This document shows, one piece after another, positions 1 through 9,429 of a stretch of 39,642 nucleotides of DNA. This stretch comes from Klebsiella phage ST437-OXA245phi4.1. The position numbers and the translations under genes were made by a program. The notes below the pieces were generated by a model. That model worked only from the letters and a program-made list of their open reading frames with translations, was not told the origin of the DNA and did not search any database. The stretch is taken from the sequence record NC_049448.1, one strand, 5' to 3'. How positions within the stretch are numbered: the stretch's first letter is position 1; every line of letters starts with the position of its first letter.

Positions 1-483
1 ATGACTAAGAAAAAAGCCCACAAACCTGGATCAGCCACCATTGCGCTGAATAAACGCGCCCGTCACGAATACTTTATCGAAGATGAATACGAGGCTGGTC
101 TCGCCCTGCAGGGCTGGGAAGTCAAATCCCTGCGTGCAGGCAAAGCCAACATCGGCGATAGCTATGTCATCCTGAAGGATGGCGAAGCCTTCCTGTTCGG
201 CGCCAACTTTACGCCCATGGCCGTGGCTTCCACCCACTATGTCTGCGACCCGACGCGCACCCGTAAGCTGCTGCTCAACCAGCGTGAGCTGGACACGCTG
301 TACGGCCGCATTAACCGCGAAGGTTACACCGTCGTCGCCCTGTCGCTGTACTGGAAGAACGCCTGGTGCAAAGTGAAAATCGGCGTCGCCAAAGGTAAGA
401 AACAGCACGACAAGCGTACCGACCTGAAAGATCGTGAATGGGCGCTGGACAAGGCGCGTATTATGAAGCACGCCGGACGTTAA
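1..483 (+). CDS. smpB: SsrA-binding protein SmpB
   Basis: 160-aa ORF, near-identical over its whole length to E. coli SmpB as I recall it ([15 protein letters not shown]...KARIMK). It sits immediately upstream of the tmRNA gene, as in enterobacteria. Confidence 0.95.
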   Translation: MTKKKAHKPGSATIALNKRARHEYFIEDEYEAGLALQGWEVKSLRAGKANIGDSYVILKDGEAFLFGANFTPMAVASTHYVCDPTRTRKLLLNQRELDTLYGRINREGYTVVALSLYWKNAWCKVKIGVAKGKKQHDKRTDLKDREWALDKARIMKHAGR

Positions 484-627
484 TTTCCCCTCCCCGAAGG
501 CCAGCTCTCGCTGGCCCTTACGCTATATCCTTGTTGATGCTGATTTTTCGTCCACCCTGCTGAAATAATCCTGCGTGATGGGGCTGGTAACGACATTCAC
601 AAATCTGTTATACTTGACCTACACATT

Positions 628-990
628 GGGGCTGATTCTGGATTCGACGGGATTTGCGAAACCCAAGGTGCATGCCGAGGGGCGGTTGGCCTCGTAAAAA
701 GCCGCAAAAAATAGTCGCAAACGACGAAAACTACGCTTTAGCAGCTTAATAACCTGCTCTGAGCCCTCTCTCCCTAGCTTCCGCTCTTAAGACGGGGATC
801 AAAGAGAGGTCAAACCCAAAAGAGATCGCGTGGATGCCCTGCCTGGGGTTGAAGCGTTAAATCTAATCAGGCTAGTTTGTTAGTGGCGTGTCTGTCCGCA
901 GCTGGCAAGCGAATGTAAAGACTGACTAAGCATGTAGTGCCGAGGATGTAGGAATTTCGGACGCGGGTTCAACTCCCGCCAGCTCCACCA
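628..990 (+). ncRNA. ssrA: tmRNA (transfer-messenger RNA, SsrA), 363 nt
   Basis: It begins GGGGCTGATTCTGGATTCGACGGG. It carries the tag-peptide reading frame (GCAAACGACGAAAACTACGCTTTAGCAGCTTAA, encoding ANDENYALAA). It ends in the tRNA-like T-arm GGTTCAACTCCCGCCAGCTCCACCA. Its position directly downstream of smpB is as expected. Confidence 0.92.
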
Positions 991-992
991 AA
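946..992. repeat. att core, tmRNA-proximal copy (47 bp; the phage-supplied 3' end of ssrA)
   Basis: The 47-bp sequence ATGTAGGAATTTCGGACGCGGGTTCAACTCCCGCCAGCTCCACCAAA recurs exactly at 37512-37558. The flanking bases differ on both sides. Confidence 0.85.
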
Positions 993-1000
993 TAAAACAA

Positions 1001-1032
1001 GGGGTTACGTGAAAGCGTGACCCCTTTTTTTT
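1001..1032 (+). terminator. Rho-independent terminator after tmRNA (phage-supplied)
   Basis: GGGGTTACG / CGTGACCCC stem (one G.U pair) followed by a T8 run. Confidence 0.6.
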
Positions 1033-1086
1033 GGATTGTGGCGGCAAAATGGCGGCAGACATTTATCAATGCAAAGGACTACCGAT

Positions 1087-1464
1087 ATGAAAAAATCTCT
1101 TTTGATGCTGATACTTTTGACCTCATGCAACGCTTTCGCCGACAAAATCCCGAACTCTATTGAGAATCTAATTGCTGTGTTCGACACCAGGACGCATAGC
1201 CTAGAAAGCGGCGTACTCTCGATCAAATACAGCAAACAGAAATTGCACATTGATGCGGCTGATGCAATGTTTGAAGGCATTTGCACTGACCTATCAATGC
1301 ATAAGTGGAAACCCGAAACAATTAAGAAGATTAGGCTACTCAACGTCTCACTTGATCAAGGTTTTGAGATAGATGCCGGCGGTGCTGAATGTAAAAAAAC
1401 GGGTAAGATGACTTTTGATGAAGCGCGGGCTTACAGGCAAGGCTTTATCAAACCTATTCCGTAA
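1087..1464 (+). CDS. Hypothetical lipoprotein (moron between att and ogr)
   Basis: The ORF runs 1036-1464. The likely start is the ATG at 1087, preceded by AAGGA. The N-terminus MKKSLLMLILLTSCNAF is a signal peptide with an LTSC lipobox. It is AT-rich relative to the neighbouring phage genes, and on the opposite strand to ogr and D. Confidence 0.55.
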   Translation: MKKSLLMLILLTSCNAFADKIPNSIENLIAVFDTRTHSLESGVLSIKYSKQKLHIDAADAMFEGICTDLSMHKWKPETIKKIRLLNVSLDQGFEIDAGGAECKKTGKMTFDEARAYRQGFIKPIP

Positions 1465-1491
1465 ACCCTCTTTGATTTGTAGGTTAAAAGC

Positions 1492-1710
1492 TCAAAAATT
1501 CATATGCCCCTGCCCGCTTGTTGCCGGATGTGGCGGGGCATTATCAATTACACCTGGCGTCATGATGAACCTCACGACGGTTTCGTGAGTAATAAATGTA
1601 GTACCGCAATTAATATTCTGGCACTGGCAATACCGCTCTTTTGTCTGGTCTGTTACTCGAAAGCTACTTCGTGTATGCGCCGCATGTCCGCATTTTGGGC
1701 AATTCATCAT
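1492..1710 (-). CDS. ogr: Ogr / 186 B-type zinc-finger late-gene activator
   Basis: 72 aa, starting MMNCPKCGHAAHTRSSF...CQCQNINCGTTF. It has the C4 zinc-finger pattern and the size of P2 Ogr. It sits between att and D, as in P2. Confidence 0.85.
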   Translation of the reverse strand: MMNCPKCGHAAHTRSSFRVTDQTKERYCQCQNINCGTTFITHETVVRFIMTPGVIDNAPPHPATSGQGHMNF

Positions 1711-1776
1711 TTCCGTTTCTCCGCCGCCGCCTCTGAAGTCGCGTTAATAATACACAACATCAATATTGAGAGCCAA

Positions 1777-2871
1777 CTATTCAATATTGAGATCATCTAT
1801 TTTCACTTCCAGTTCGATGCTGGTCGTAAATCCACTATCCGGGTTGACCGTGTGCGTTAACGTGGTGATGGTCCAGCTGGCATCATCAATGGGTTGTTTA
1901 AAGCCGGTGACCTTCACGGGCATTTCCGTATAGAGATCTGCGCGGCCTTCTGCCAGCTGCAGGGAAAATGACGCCACACCGCGCTGCAGCCGCTCCCAGT
2001 TCATTTTTGCTGCACGCTCCGCATTACTGCGGTTCGCATAGGTCCGGTTCAGAACCAGCACGTTCTCATCCGTCCCGATCAGGTAATCCCCCTGCTTTGC
2101 TTCTGGCTCTTTTGGTTTTGTCGTTTTCCGGCGACGCTTCACTTTGGTGGTTTCTTTTTTCTCCGGTTCGCGCGTATGCAACCAGTGAGCAATCACCCCG
2201 GTATACGCTCCCCTGTCCGCCATGCTGAAGCGGTGACTGTCACCGTCCCGGCGGGTAATAGTGATGACCGGCAGCGCTTTACCGCTGGCTGTTCTCCCCT
2301 GCCCCTGCCGGATAAACAGCAGGTTACTATCCTTCACCGATGCAATCGCGCCGTACTGACGCGCCAGCTTCATCAAAAAGCTGGCGTCGCTTTCGTTGGT
2401 CTGGTCCAGGTGATCCAGCGCCTGCTCCGCGACATCTTTACCGATGGCAACCTTCAGGCTGTGCCGCGCGGCAATCTCCTTCACCACCTCGCCCACCGTC
2501 GTTTTATGCCACGACTTTTCACGCCGTACATTCAGCGTTTCCCTGAAGTCTGCGCTACGGGCACGGATTGTCAGTCGGTCCGGGCTGCCGCTATGCTCGA
2601 TCTCATCAACGGTAAACTTCCCTTTTGAAAACAGCGGCTCGCCTTTCCATCCCAGCGCCAGAGAAATCACCGCGCCCCGACGCGGCATAATTACCAGGCC
2701 GTCCGCGTCGTCCAGCTCCAGATCGAGCTGGTCGGCTTCAAATCCGCGGTTGTCGGTCAACGTCATACTCAGCAGGCGCTTATCCAGTGTCTGCGTGGCA
2801 TCCTTACCTGCAATCACGATGCGAAAGGCCGGGGTCTTGCTGAGGTTGAGTAAATCAGTCATCTCGCTCAC
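1777..2871 (-). CDS. D: Tail protein D (late control gene D family)
   Basis: 364 aa. Its size and position after U and before ogr match P2 gpD. Confidence 0.85.
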   Translation of the reverse strand: MSEMTDLLNLSKTPAFRIVIAGKDATQTLDKRLLSMTLTDNRGFEADQLDLELDDADGLVIMPRRGAVISLALGWKGEPLFSKGKFTVDEIEHSGSPDRLTIRARSADFRETLNVRREKSWHKTTVGEVVKEIAARHSLKVAIGKDVAEQALDHLDQTNESDASFLMKLARQYGAIASVKDSNLLFIRQGQGRTASGKALPVITITRRDGDSHRFSMADRGAYTGVIAHWLHTREPEKKETTKVKRRRKTTKPKEPEAKQGDYLIGTDENVLVLNRTYANRSNAERAAKMNWERLQRGVASFSLQLAEGRADLYTEMPVKVTGFKQPIDDASWTITTLTHTVNPDSGFTTSIELEVKIDDLNIE

Positions 2872-3353
2872 TGCAGCAACCCTCCTACCGTGGTTTTGAT
2901 ATTCCCTACCGCTGCCGCTGCGGAATCCTGCAGGCTGCTAAGCTGGTCACTCAGGCTGCCGAACATTTCGGACAGCGACTCATCAACACGCTTTAGCCCC
3001 AGCGAAAACTCTATTTTTCTCGCTTCACCGCTGGCGAAAAATTCCGTTTTTGTCTGGCTCAGATTTTCAATCACGTACATACCGTAGATGGTCCCGCCCC
3101 CCTCGATCAGCGGCCAGGCCTTCCCCTGCTCCGCCATCAGCTCCAGCGCCAGCAGCGACAACCGGCCTCCGGTCACTTCCGGCATGAGGACGCCGGATAG
3201 CGTGAGCTGATCATTATCTGGCCCCAGAAACTGCGTTGTCGGACGGCGATTAACGCGGTTGTTGGTGACGTGCCGCCAGTTCCGCTGATACTGCAGTTGC
3301 TGATAGGGCACCGTGCGCAGCTGAAACACAAACAAACCCAGAACCATCATCAT
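2868..3353 (-). CDS. U: Tail protein U
   Basis: 161 aa. It overlaps both D and T with ATGA-type junctions, in the P2 order T-U-D. Confidence 0.8.
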   Translation of the reverse strand: MMMVLGLFVFQLRTVPYQQLQYQRNWRHVTNNRVNRRPTTQFLGPDNDQLTLSGVLMPEVTGGRLSLLALELMAEQGKAWPLIEGGGTIYGMYVIENLSQTKTEFFASGEARKIEFSLGLKRVDESLSEMFGSLSDQLSSLQDSAAAAVGNIKTTVGGLLQ

Positions 3354-5980
3354 GAATCATACCCCCCTTGATCGCTGAAGTTGCTGCGTGCCTTCGCCAT
3401 TAAACGCCGCTCATGCTCCGCAAACATTCGCGCAACCTCTTTCGCAATATCCTGCGAACTTTGCCCCGGTAATGCCTGGATAATAAATTGCGGCTTCGAT
3501 TCGATATGAATGATCGGCTGCCCCCCTGCCGGCTTCTCAGCTGCAGGCCGATAGGATGTTGCCGGCAGGCTCATTGGATGAAGTGGCGCAGCCTCTGCCG
3601 GAATCGCTCCCCCCATCATCCCGGCGACAACGGACGCCAGCGCCGCCGTCCTTCGGCGGCTGGTCACATAGGCCGGGCCGTTAATCAGTTCCGGGCCATT
3701 CTCGCCAGCAATGCCCACCTGCCCGCGTGGAATATATCCACCGCTGTCATACATACCCGCAAAGAATCCGCCTGCTCCTTTCTGCTGAAGTGCACCTGGC
3801 GATTTGTCGCCGCCGGTCATCCAGTCCGGCAGGTAGCTTTTCACCGATGCCAGCTTGCTCTTGAGCATCTCCCACTTCTCATTGATACCGCTCAGGATGC
3901 CGTCAATGATCGCACCGCCCACCGCTTTAAACTTCGCGGGCAGCGCGGCAACATCACTTAGAATTTCATCCCATTTGCTGCTAATAGTCCGTTTAATTAC
4001 AGTCCATACCCTGGATACCCCTGACGAAATGGCGTCCCACATTGCGGTGAATTTTGGCCCCAGCGTTTCCCAGTTCTGCCAGATATAAATGGCTCCCATC
4101 GCAATCAGGCCGACTATCGCCAGGATGGGGTTAGCCATCATCAACCTGCCCAGCCACAGGATCGCCTGGCCTGCACCGCCGATGACTTGCTTAATCAGAC
4201 CAAAAGCGGAGGCAAACTTAATTCCCAGAACCCCAGCGCTCACACGTACTATCGCCATTGGCCCCAGAATAGATGCCAGCGCCAGCGACAACACGCCCGC
4301 TGCGGTAGCTACCACGGCAAACACCGCCGCAATCTTAAACAGCGCCGCCGTCAATTGCGGATGCCGCTTAACAAAACCATCCAGCGCGGACGCCAGATTT
4401 CCCAGCCAGTCCGCAATATTTTTCAGTACCGGCGCGACGGTTTCACCGATGCTCGCCATGGCGTTGGTAAAGGAGCCGCCAGCGGCTTCCCATTTGTTGC
4501 CCAGGGTATTAAGGGATGCCTCGACGCGCTCGCGCAGGGTTGCCTGATTATCCAGTTTGGCGGCTGTTTCACGATACCCCGCAATCCCTTTGGTGATCAT
4601 GATGTTCAGCGCCTGCAGGGTTTCTGCATCATCACCAAAAAGAGCCGCTTTGACAGCCTGTTTTTTTCCATCGTCAGTGATTTTATTCAGCTTATCCAGT
4701 TGCTTATACAGGTTTTCCAGCCCCGCAAACTGGCCTTTACTGTTCTGAAAACTTAGCTTTATCCCCGTTCCAGCCAGCTCATCATTTGCCTTACTGATTT
4801 TTTTATTGTTCAGCGTGGCCTGGAAAATCTTGCGATAGGCGTTACCTGCAGACTCTCCCGCCATTGAAGCCTGATCAGCCATAACCAGCAGCGGCGCGAA
4901 TGTTTTTGCGGCATCCAGGCCTTGCTGCTTGATAATGTCCATCGCGGCGCTGATTTTTGAAAAACCCTGCAGCATATTGCCAGGGTCAACGCCCGCGTAA
5001 TAACCCCGCTGGATCACGTCCATCAGGCTCATCATGTCTTTTTCGGTGGTCTGCGTGGCGTCCTGCAGTTTTGCGGCGAACTCTGCGGCATCCGTCGGTG
5101 CCATCTGCAGCTGCACGCCGAGATACGCCGCCGACTCACCCAGCCCGCCCAGAATGACCTGCGCAGACATACCCTGACGGCGTAACATGGTCATCATGTT
5201 TTGAAAGTCTGCCGTGGTGCCTGGCAGCCGATCACCCAGTGCTATCGCCAGCTTGTTCAGCTTCAGGAACTCCGGCGCAACCTTGCCGCCCGGCCCCATC
5301 ATGGAGCCTGCCAGCTGGTTAGCCGCGTTCTCTGATTCCGAATAGGCGCGAATGGGGGCCAGCAGCGTCGCGCCCGTTGTCACCCCGGCGGCCATCATCC
5401 CGGCCCCGTTCCCCGCGAGGCTGTTACGCACGTCGCGCATCTTGTCAGCTTTCGCCCTGACCGCATTCAGCTTGCGCTGGCGCTCGCCCACGTCCCACAA
5501 GCGTCGCTCCTGTTCTGCCAGCTGCTTGTTATAGCGATCCGTTTCGCGGGTAATGCGGGCTGTTTCACGGGCACCGCCTCCCGCAGAGATGCCGAGGCGG
5601 TACAGCTCTGCCCTGGCCGCCGCCATCTGCCGCGTTTCCTGCCCCTGCTTTTGCTCCAGACGTGACACGGCCCGCCATTGCGTTTCAAGCGCCGCCGTCT
5701 GCTTTTTCGTGGGGGATTCAAGGGCTGACATTTCGCGGGTCATCATCTGGGCACGCAGCCGCGCCTGGTCCAGTTCGTTACTGGTCCGGCTCAGGCTCTG
5801 TGACAGCTGATCGAATGATTTTAACTGGCCCCCTGCATCGTTCAGCCTCTTAAGCTGTTCGCGGGTCTGCCGGACAGCGGAGGCCAGCTCCTTAGAACCA
5901 GCCTGCGCAACTTTTAAAGGGCGGGTGAGCTTATCAACCGCATTCAGAACCACCTGCAGACGCAGGTTTTTATCACTCAT
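3350..5980 (-). CDS. T: Tail tape-measure protein T
   Basis: 876 aa, rich in Ala, Gly, Gln and coiled coils, with hydrophobic central segments. It follows E/E'. Confidence 0.9.
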   Translation of the reverse strand: MSDKNLRLQVVLNAVDKLTRPLKVAQAGSKELASAVRQTREQLKRLNDAGGQLKSFDQLSQSLSRTSNELDQARLRAQMMTREMSALESPTKKQTAALETQWRAVSRLEQKQGQETRQMAAARAELYRLGISAGGGARETARITRETDRYNKQLAEQERRLWDVGERQRKLNAVRAKADKMRDVRNSLAGNGAGMMAAGVTTGATLLAPIRAYSESENAANQLAGSMMGPGGKVAPEFLKLNKLAIALGDRLPGTTADFQNMMTMLRRQGMSAQVILGGLGESAAYLGVQLQMAPTDAAEFAAKLQDATQTTEKDMMSLMDVIQRGYYAGVDPGNMLQGFSKISAAMDIIKQQGLDAAKTFAPLLVMADQASMAGESAGNAYRKIFQATLNNKKISKANDELAGTGIKLSFQNSKGQFAGLENLYKQLDKLNKITDDGKKQAVKAALFGDDAETLQALNIMITKGIAGYRETAAKLDNQATLRERVEASLNTLGNKWEAAGGSFTNAMASIGETVAPVLKNIADWLGNLASALDGFVKRHPQLTAALFKIAAVFAVVATAAGVLSLALASILGPMAIVRVSAGVLGIKFASAFGLIKQVIGGAGQAILWLGRLMMANPILAIVGLIAMGAIYIWQNWETLGPKFTAMWDAISSGVSRVWTVIKRTISSKWDEILSDVAALPAKFKAVGGAIIDGILSGINEKWEMLKSKLASVKSYLPDWMTGGDKSPGALQQKGAGGFFAGMYDSGGYIPRGQVGIAGENGPELINGPAYVTSRRRTAALASVVAGMMGGAIPAEAAPLHPMSLPATSYRPAAEKPAGGQPIIHIESKPQFIIQALPGQSSQDIAKEVARMFAEHERRLMAKARSNFSDQGGYDS

Positions 5981-6406
5981 CGCTGGCCCCGCTTCGCATT
6001 ATCGCTCTGTGCCGCCACTCCAGCACTTCTGTAAGCGGCATAACGTCAGTGACGGACGGCGGCCAGTGAAAGATCGTGGCGATATCCGCCACCAGGTCAT
6101 CTACCGTCAGGCTGTCGGCAAATCGGCAAACGCCGACTTCGGCAACAAAAAAAGGACCACCTCGATCGACATCGCGGCCAGGTCTGCCGGGTCGAGGTCC
6201 GCCATTTCCTGCGGGGTCAGCGTCGGCGTGGAGATACGGGGGATCACGGTCATCATTGAGGCCACGTCCATCTCCATCACCGCCTGCAGCCGCGTACCGC
6301 GCAGTGCGCCGGATTGCGGTTTACGCAGCACAATTTCCGTAATCGTGGCATCACCACGCGTGATAGGGCTATCCAGCTTCACCGTTGCTACTGTTTTCTC
6401 ACTCAT
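5973..6406 (-). CDS. E': E+E' -1 programmed-frameshift product (about 143 aa)
   Basis: T TTT TTG lies on the coding strand (plus-strand A-run 6147-6153) at E codons 85-87. I translated the -1 frame by hand from 6146 downwards (VAEVGVCRFADSL...GASDE). It stays open to the TGA at 5975-5973, 8 nt into T. The total length matches the 142-aa P2 E+E'. Confidence 0.6.
6107..6406 (-). CDS. E: Tail assembly chaperone E
   Basis: 99 aa, between FII and T. It contains the slippery TTTTTTG heptamer. Confidence 0.85.
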   Translation of the reverse strand: MSEKTVATVKLDSPITRGDATITEIVLRKPQSGALRGTRLQAVMEMDVASMMTVIPRISTPTLTPQEMADLDPADLAAMSIEVVLFLLPKSAFADLPTA

Positions 6407-6458
6407 GCTCTTTTCCTGTTATGGGGTGGCTGGCGCGGCATCCCGCGCCAGTGCTGCA

Positions 6459-6974
6459 TTAAAGGCCGATGGCGTTGCGGTGCTCTTCCATCAGGTCAAC
6501 GCCATCAACAATTTCAATCATGTTGATCACATCGACCTCGTACAGCACCTCGCCGTTAATGGTCAGCTTCGCATAGCTGTTAACGCTGCTGACTTTGGTG
6601 GTATTGCTCTCGCCGGTTTTCCACTCGCCGGAATCCACCTCTTTGTGGCGTCCGCGTACAACCAGCTCAACGGCCTGCACCTCGCCGGTGTCATCGCGCT
6701 GGATAGAGCCGGTGAAGCGCATCTGCACCCCGTCCACCGTGGCCTTGCCCATCTGTTTAAACAGCAGTGCCTCAGTGCCGCCGATGGTCATTTCCGTGTC
6801 CAGTGCGCCATCATCCAGCCCCAGATCGATACCGACTGAACCGGGCATGCCGCCCCCGCGATAGTTCTCAAGCTTGCGGGAAAATTTCGGCAGGGTGACG
6901 GATTCAGCAATGCCCATCCAGCTGTTACCGGCGTTGAAGATGTTCAGGTGTTTTAGTTTGCGTGGTAAGGCCAT
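6459..6974 (-). CDS. FII: Tail tube protein FII
   Basis: 171 aa. Its position and size match P2 FII. Confidence 0.9.
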   Translation of the reverse strand: MALPRKLKHLNIFNAGNSWMGIAESVTLPKFSRKLENYRGGGMPGSVGIDLGLDDGALDTEMTIGGTEALLFKQMGKATVDGVQMRFTGSIQRDDTGEVQAVELVVRGRHKEVDSGEWKTGESNTTKVSSVNSYAKLTINGEVLYEVDVINMIEIVDGVDLMEEHRNAIGL

Positions 6975-6983
6975 GGGTCCCCC

Positions 6984-8156
6984 TTATGCGCTTACGCGGG
7001 TGGTGAAATCCACCAGGTAACGGTCAGTGATGCGCTGGCGCAGCATCAGGTTTTCCAGCGGCGGCACTGGCGTATAGTCGTAGTCGATCCAGAGCTTCCC
7101 GGCTTTCAGGCTGTCTTTGTCGTTAACGCTGTCATCAATCCAGCAATCACCGCCGATGAGGTAGCCCTGATTCACCAGGCTGCGCATTTTGGCGCGGATA
7201 CCTTCGATAATATCGCGGGCCAGCGACGGGTTAAGCGGCATATCCACCGCCCACATATGGCCCTCTGCCATGGTGTCAGCCAGTACCTGCGCGGTGCGGG
7301 TGTAGTTTTCAAACTGGAACAGCGGATCATCACTGAGGCAGCGGGAACCCCAGAAGCGGAAACCATCCTTCCTGATCAAGGTGGTGACGTCGTTCTGGTT
7401 CAGCAGTCCGGCATCAGTTGCCGGGTCCTGCAGATCCCAGAACACATCCGCAGACAAGCCGGTTACGCCGTTGACGCCCACGTTAGACAGGGTTTTGTGC
7501 CAGCCGGTTTGCTCGTCGATTTTAGCGCGCAAGCCAAGGGCGCGGGCGGTAGCGTAGGCGGTCGCATCCGCCTGCAGCACCGTGTCAAAGTTTATGAAGT
7601 CAGGCCAGATAATCATTCCTTCACGCTGGCTGAAGTTGTCGCGGTAAGTGATCGCCTCTGCCACGGTTTTACAGCCGTAAGCTGACATATACGCAAAGGC
7701 CCGCAGGCTCTGCGCCACGCTCAGCAGCTCAGTGGATACGGCCTGCGTATCATGCCCCGGCACGCCGAGAATGCGCGGTTTCACGCCCAGCTGCGACTGC
7801 GCGGAAAGTAGCGCCTTCATGCCGGTTTTCTTACCGTCGGCAGTCACGCCGCCGATAATATTTGAGGTGGTTTCCGCTTCGGTTTCGCCCTGGGCAACGC
7901 GCACCACTACGGTGACGGGTTTTGCCTGGTCTGCGATCGCGTCCAGTGAGCGGGCCAGCGTACCGGACTCGCCCGCTTTACCGCTGGCGGTCAGTACATC
8001 GGTAAGCAGTACAGGCTTATTGAGCGGGAACATGGAGGCATCGGCATCATCGCCGGTGCACACCATGCCCACAATCGCCGTGCTCACCGTCGTGATAGAG
8101 CGGGTGCCGTCGTTAACTTCTACAACGCGCACGCCGTGGTGGTAGTCTTGCGCCAT
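6984..8156 (-). CDS. FI: Tail sheath protein FI
   Basis: 390 aa. It is the first gene of the F operon, with an AGGAGA ribosome-binding site. Confidence 0.9.
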   Translation of the reverse strand: MAQDYHHGVRVVEVNDGTRSITTVSTAIVGMVCTGDDADASMFPLNKPVLLTDVLTASGKAGESGTLARSLDAIADQAKPVTVVVRVAQGETEAETTSNIIGGVTADGKKTGMKALLSAQSQLGVKPRILGVPGHDTQAVSTELLSVAQSLRAFAYMSAYGCKTVAEAITYRDNFSQREGMIIWPDFINFDTVLQADATAYATARALGLRAKIDEQTGWHKTLSNVGVNGVTGLSADVFWDLQDPATDAGLLNQNDVTTLIRKDGFRFWGSRCLSDDPLFQFENYTRTAQVLADTMAEGHMWAVDMPLNPSLARDIIEGIRAKMRSLVNQGYLIGGDCWIDDSVNDKDSLKAGKLWIDYDYTPVPPLENLMLRQRITDRYLVDFTTRVSA

Positions 8157-8226
8157 GGAATGAATCTCCTGTTTAGGGGTTCACCCATGGTAGGGAAATC
8201 ACTCACCGCAAGCCGTTGATGCCCGT

Positions 8227-8244
8227 TGTACCGTGGTTGATACA
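8227..8244. promoter_or_regulatory. Candidate Ogr-binding dyad TGT-N12-ACA (late promoter P_F)
   Basis: The sequence is TGTACCGTGGTTGATACA. Its centre is about 55 nt upstream of a plausible transcription start 24 nt ahead of the FI ATG. This matches the position of the P2 late-promoter activator site. Confidence 0.45.
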
Positions 8245-8253
8245 ACCGCAGGC

Positions 8254-8278
8254 AGAAAAAAAGCCCCGTTACGGGGCT
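8254..8278 (-). terminator. Rho-independent terminator after the tail-fibre operon
   Basis: AGCCCCG TTA CGGGGCT hairpin, followed on the minus strand by a T7 run. Confidence 0.55.
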
Positions 8279-8304
8279 GATTTTGTCATAGTTCGCCTGG
8301 CGAT

Positions 8305-9378
8305 TCAGGCAACGCGGCTCCAGCACATCAGCAGGGTGTGAGCTTCCACCACGCTGAACGATTTACCCTCGCCGAGGTTGTCAGTTTTGCCGCTGGTCGT
8401 GTGTTTGTGCGGCGGTACTGTGACTTCGTGGTCGTGCTCTCCGGCATCATCCGTCACACCCGGCTCTTTCGGGTTAAAGAGCTGCCGCACATCCCCGCCG
8501 ATTTCCCACGGGTCATTTTTACCGGCCACACCACCATGATGGTGAATACCACCGCGCGTGGTCGTCAGCTTCTGCTCAGGCTGCTCGCTGGTTTCCCCGC
8601 TTACATCAATCTGCACGGCGGGAAGATTCGCCCGCTGAAGGGTGACCGTATCGCTGCCACCGGTGGCGCCGACGTTCGAACCGTCCGCTTTTGCCACCCG
8701 GAGGGTTCTGTTCTCACCGGTATACGTCCACGTTGACCACGGGTAGCGCTCATTCGGATCAACATGCTGGCTGTAAAACCGGACCGTGCCGACGGGGTTT
8801 TCCGCTTCCCAGAAATCACGAATGGCGGTGCTGACCGCTGAGGTGATGGCCTCCCTTGTCTCATTCTCCAGCGTGGAAACAATGTCATCGGCATAATCTT
8901 TGGCGTTGTTCCCCGCCCGGCGGACCTCTTCCACCGTCGCCAGGATGACTGACGGGTCCGCAATCATCTGCACATCGGCGGTCTGACTCACCATCAGCCA
9001 GATATTAATCACCTGGAAACGTCCCGACCCTTCCGCCAGAAGCGGCTTGTAGGATTCGGGCAGGTTCGCCACCGCCAGGCAGATGCCGGTCTCGTCAAAG
9101 AGTGCGGCCTCGCGTATCCAGAAGCCCCCGGCCTGTGGCGGCATTATCATTTCGGCGCGGATAACATTTGCCGCCTGGTCGGCGATGACCAGCCGGTTTA
9201 ATGGTGCGCGGTACTGCTCGTTAATCAGGGCGGTCTGGTCCGGGGACGGCACCGGCAGGACGCCGCCCCCGTCGCCGACAGCCATGTGAGTGATACCCAG
9301 GGGGATACCCTTCACCGCCGCAGCGGCCAGGCGTTCAGCCCCCTGCGCGGTCAGTATGGCGCTGAATTTTTTACTCAT
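8305..9378 (-). CDS. Tail fibre protein carrying the P2 gpH N-terminal (baseplate-anchor) domain; short, His-rich C-terminus
   Basis: The N-terminus MSKKFSAILTAQGAERLAAA...MAVGDGGG...FWIREAALFDETG...ANLPESYKPLLAEGSGRFQ follows the conserved P2 H N-terminus motif for motif. The C-terminus has HHHGG and HDHEVTVPPHKH stretches. The gene is only 357 aa, against 669 for P2 H. Confidence 0.8.
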   Translation of the reverse strand: MSKKFSAILTAQGAERLAAAAVKGIPLGITHMAVGDGGGVLPVPSPDQTALINEQYRAPLNRLVIADQAANVIRAEMIMPPQAGGFWIREAALFDETGICLAVANLPESYKPLLAEGSGRFQVINIWLMVSQTADVQMIADPSVILATVEEVRRAGNNAKDYADDIVSTLENETREAITSAVSTAIRDFWEAENPVGTVRFYSQHVDPNERYPWSTWTYTGENRTLRVAKADGSNVGATGGSDTVTLQRANLPAVQIDVSGETSEQPEQKLTTTRGGIHHHGGVAGKNDPWEIGGDVRQLFNPKEPGVTDDAGEHDHEVTVPPHKHTTSGKTDNLGEGKSFSVVEAHTLLMCWSRVA

Positions 9379-9429
9379 AAGGCAGTCCGTAATAGCGGGC
9401 TTCCCCGCCGGAGCGGGGCAGCCTCGTGA

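Noticed and set aside
614-619. TTGACC as the -35 element of the ssrA promoter
   Set aside because: It lies only 8 nt upstream of the mature tmRNA 5' end, so it cannot be the -35 of a promoter producing this RNA. The real promoter is further upstream and was not mapped.
5925-6839. 304-aa plus-strand ORF overlapping E and FII on the antisense strand. This stands for many others of the same kind (for example 179-376, 1968-2228, 2176-2628, 3488-3961, 4187-4756, 9538-10239, 12945-13607, 18686-19228, 19150-19695, 21012-21635).
   Set aside because: These are long open frames on the antisense strand or in alternative frames of GC-rich phage genes. Their composition is Arg/Ala/Pro-rich, they have no ribosome-binding site, and they are fully embedded in well-supported genes.
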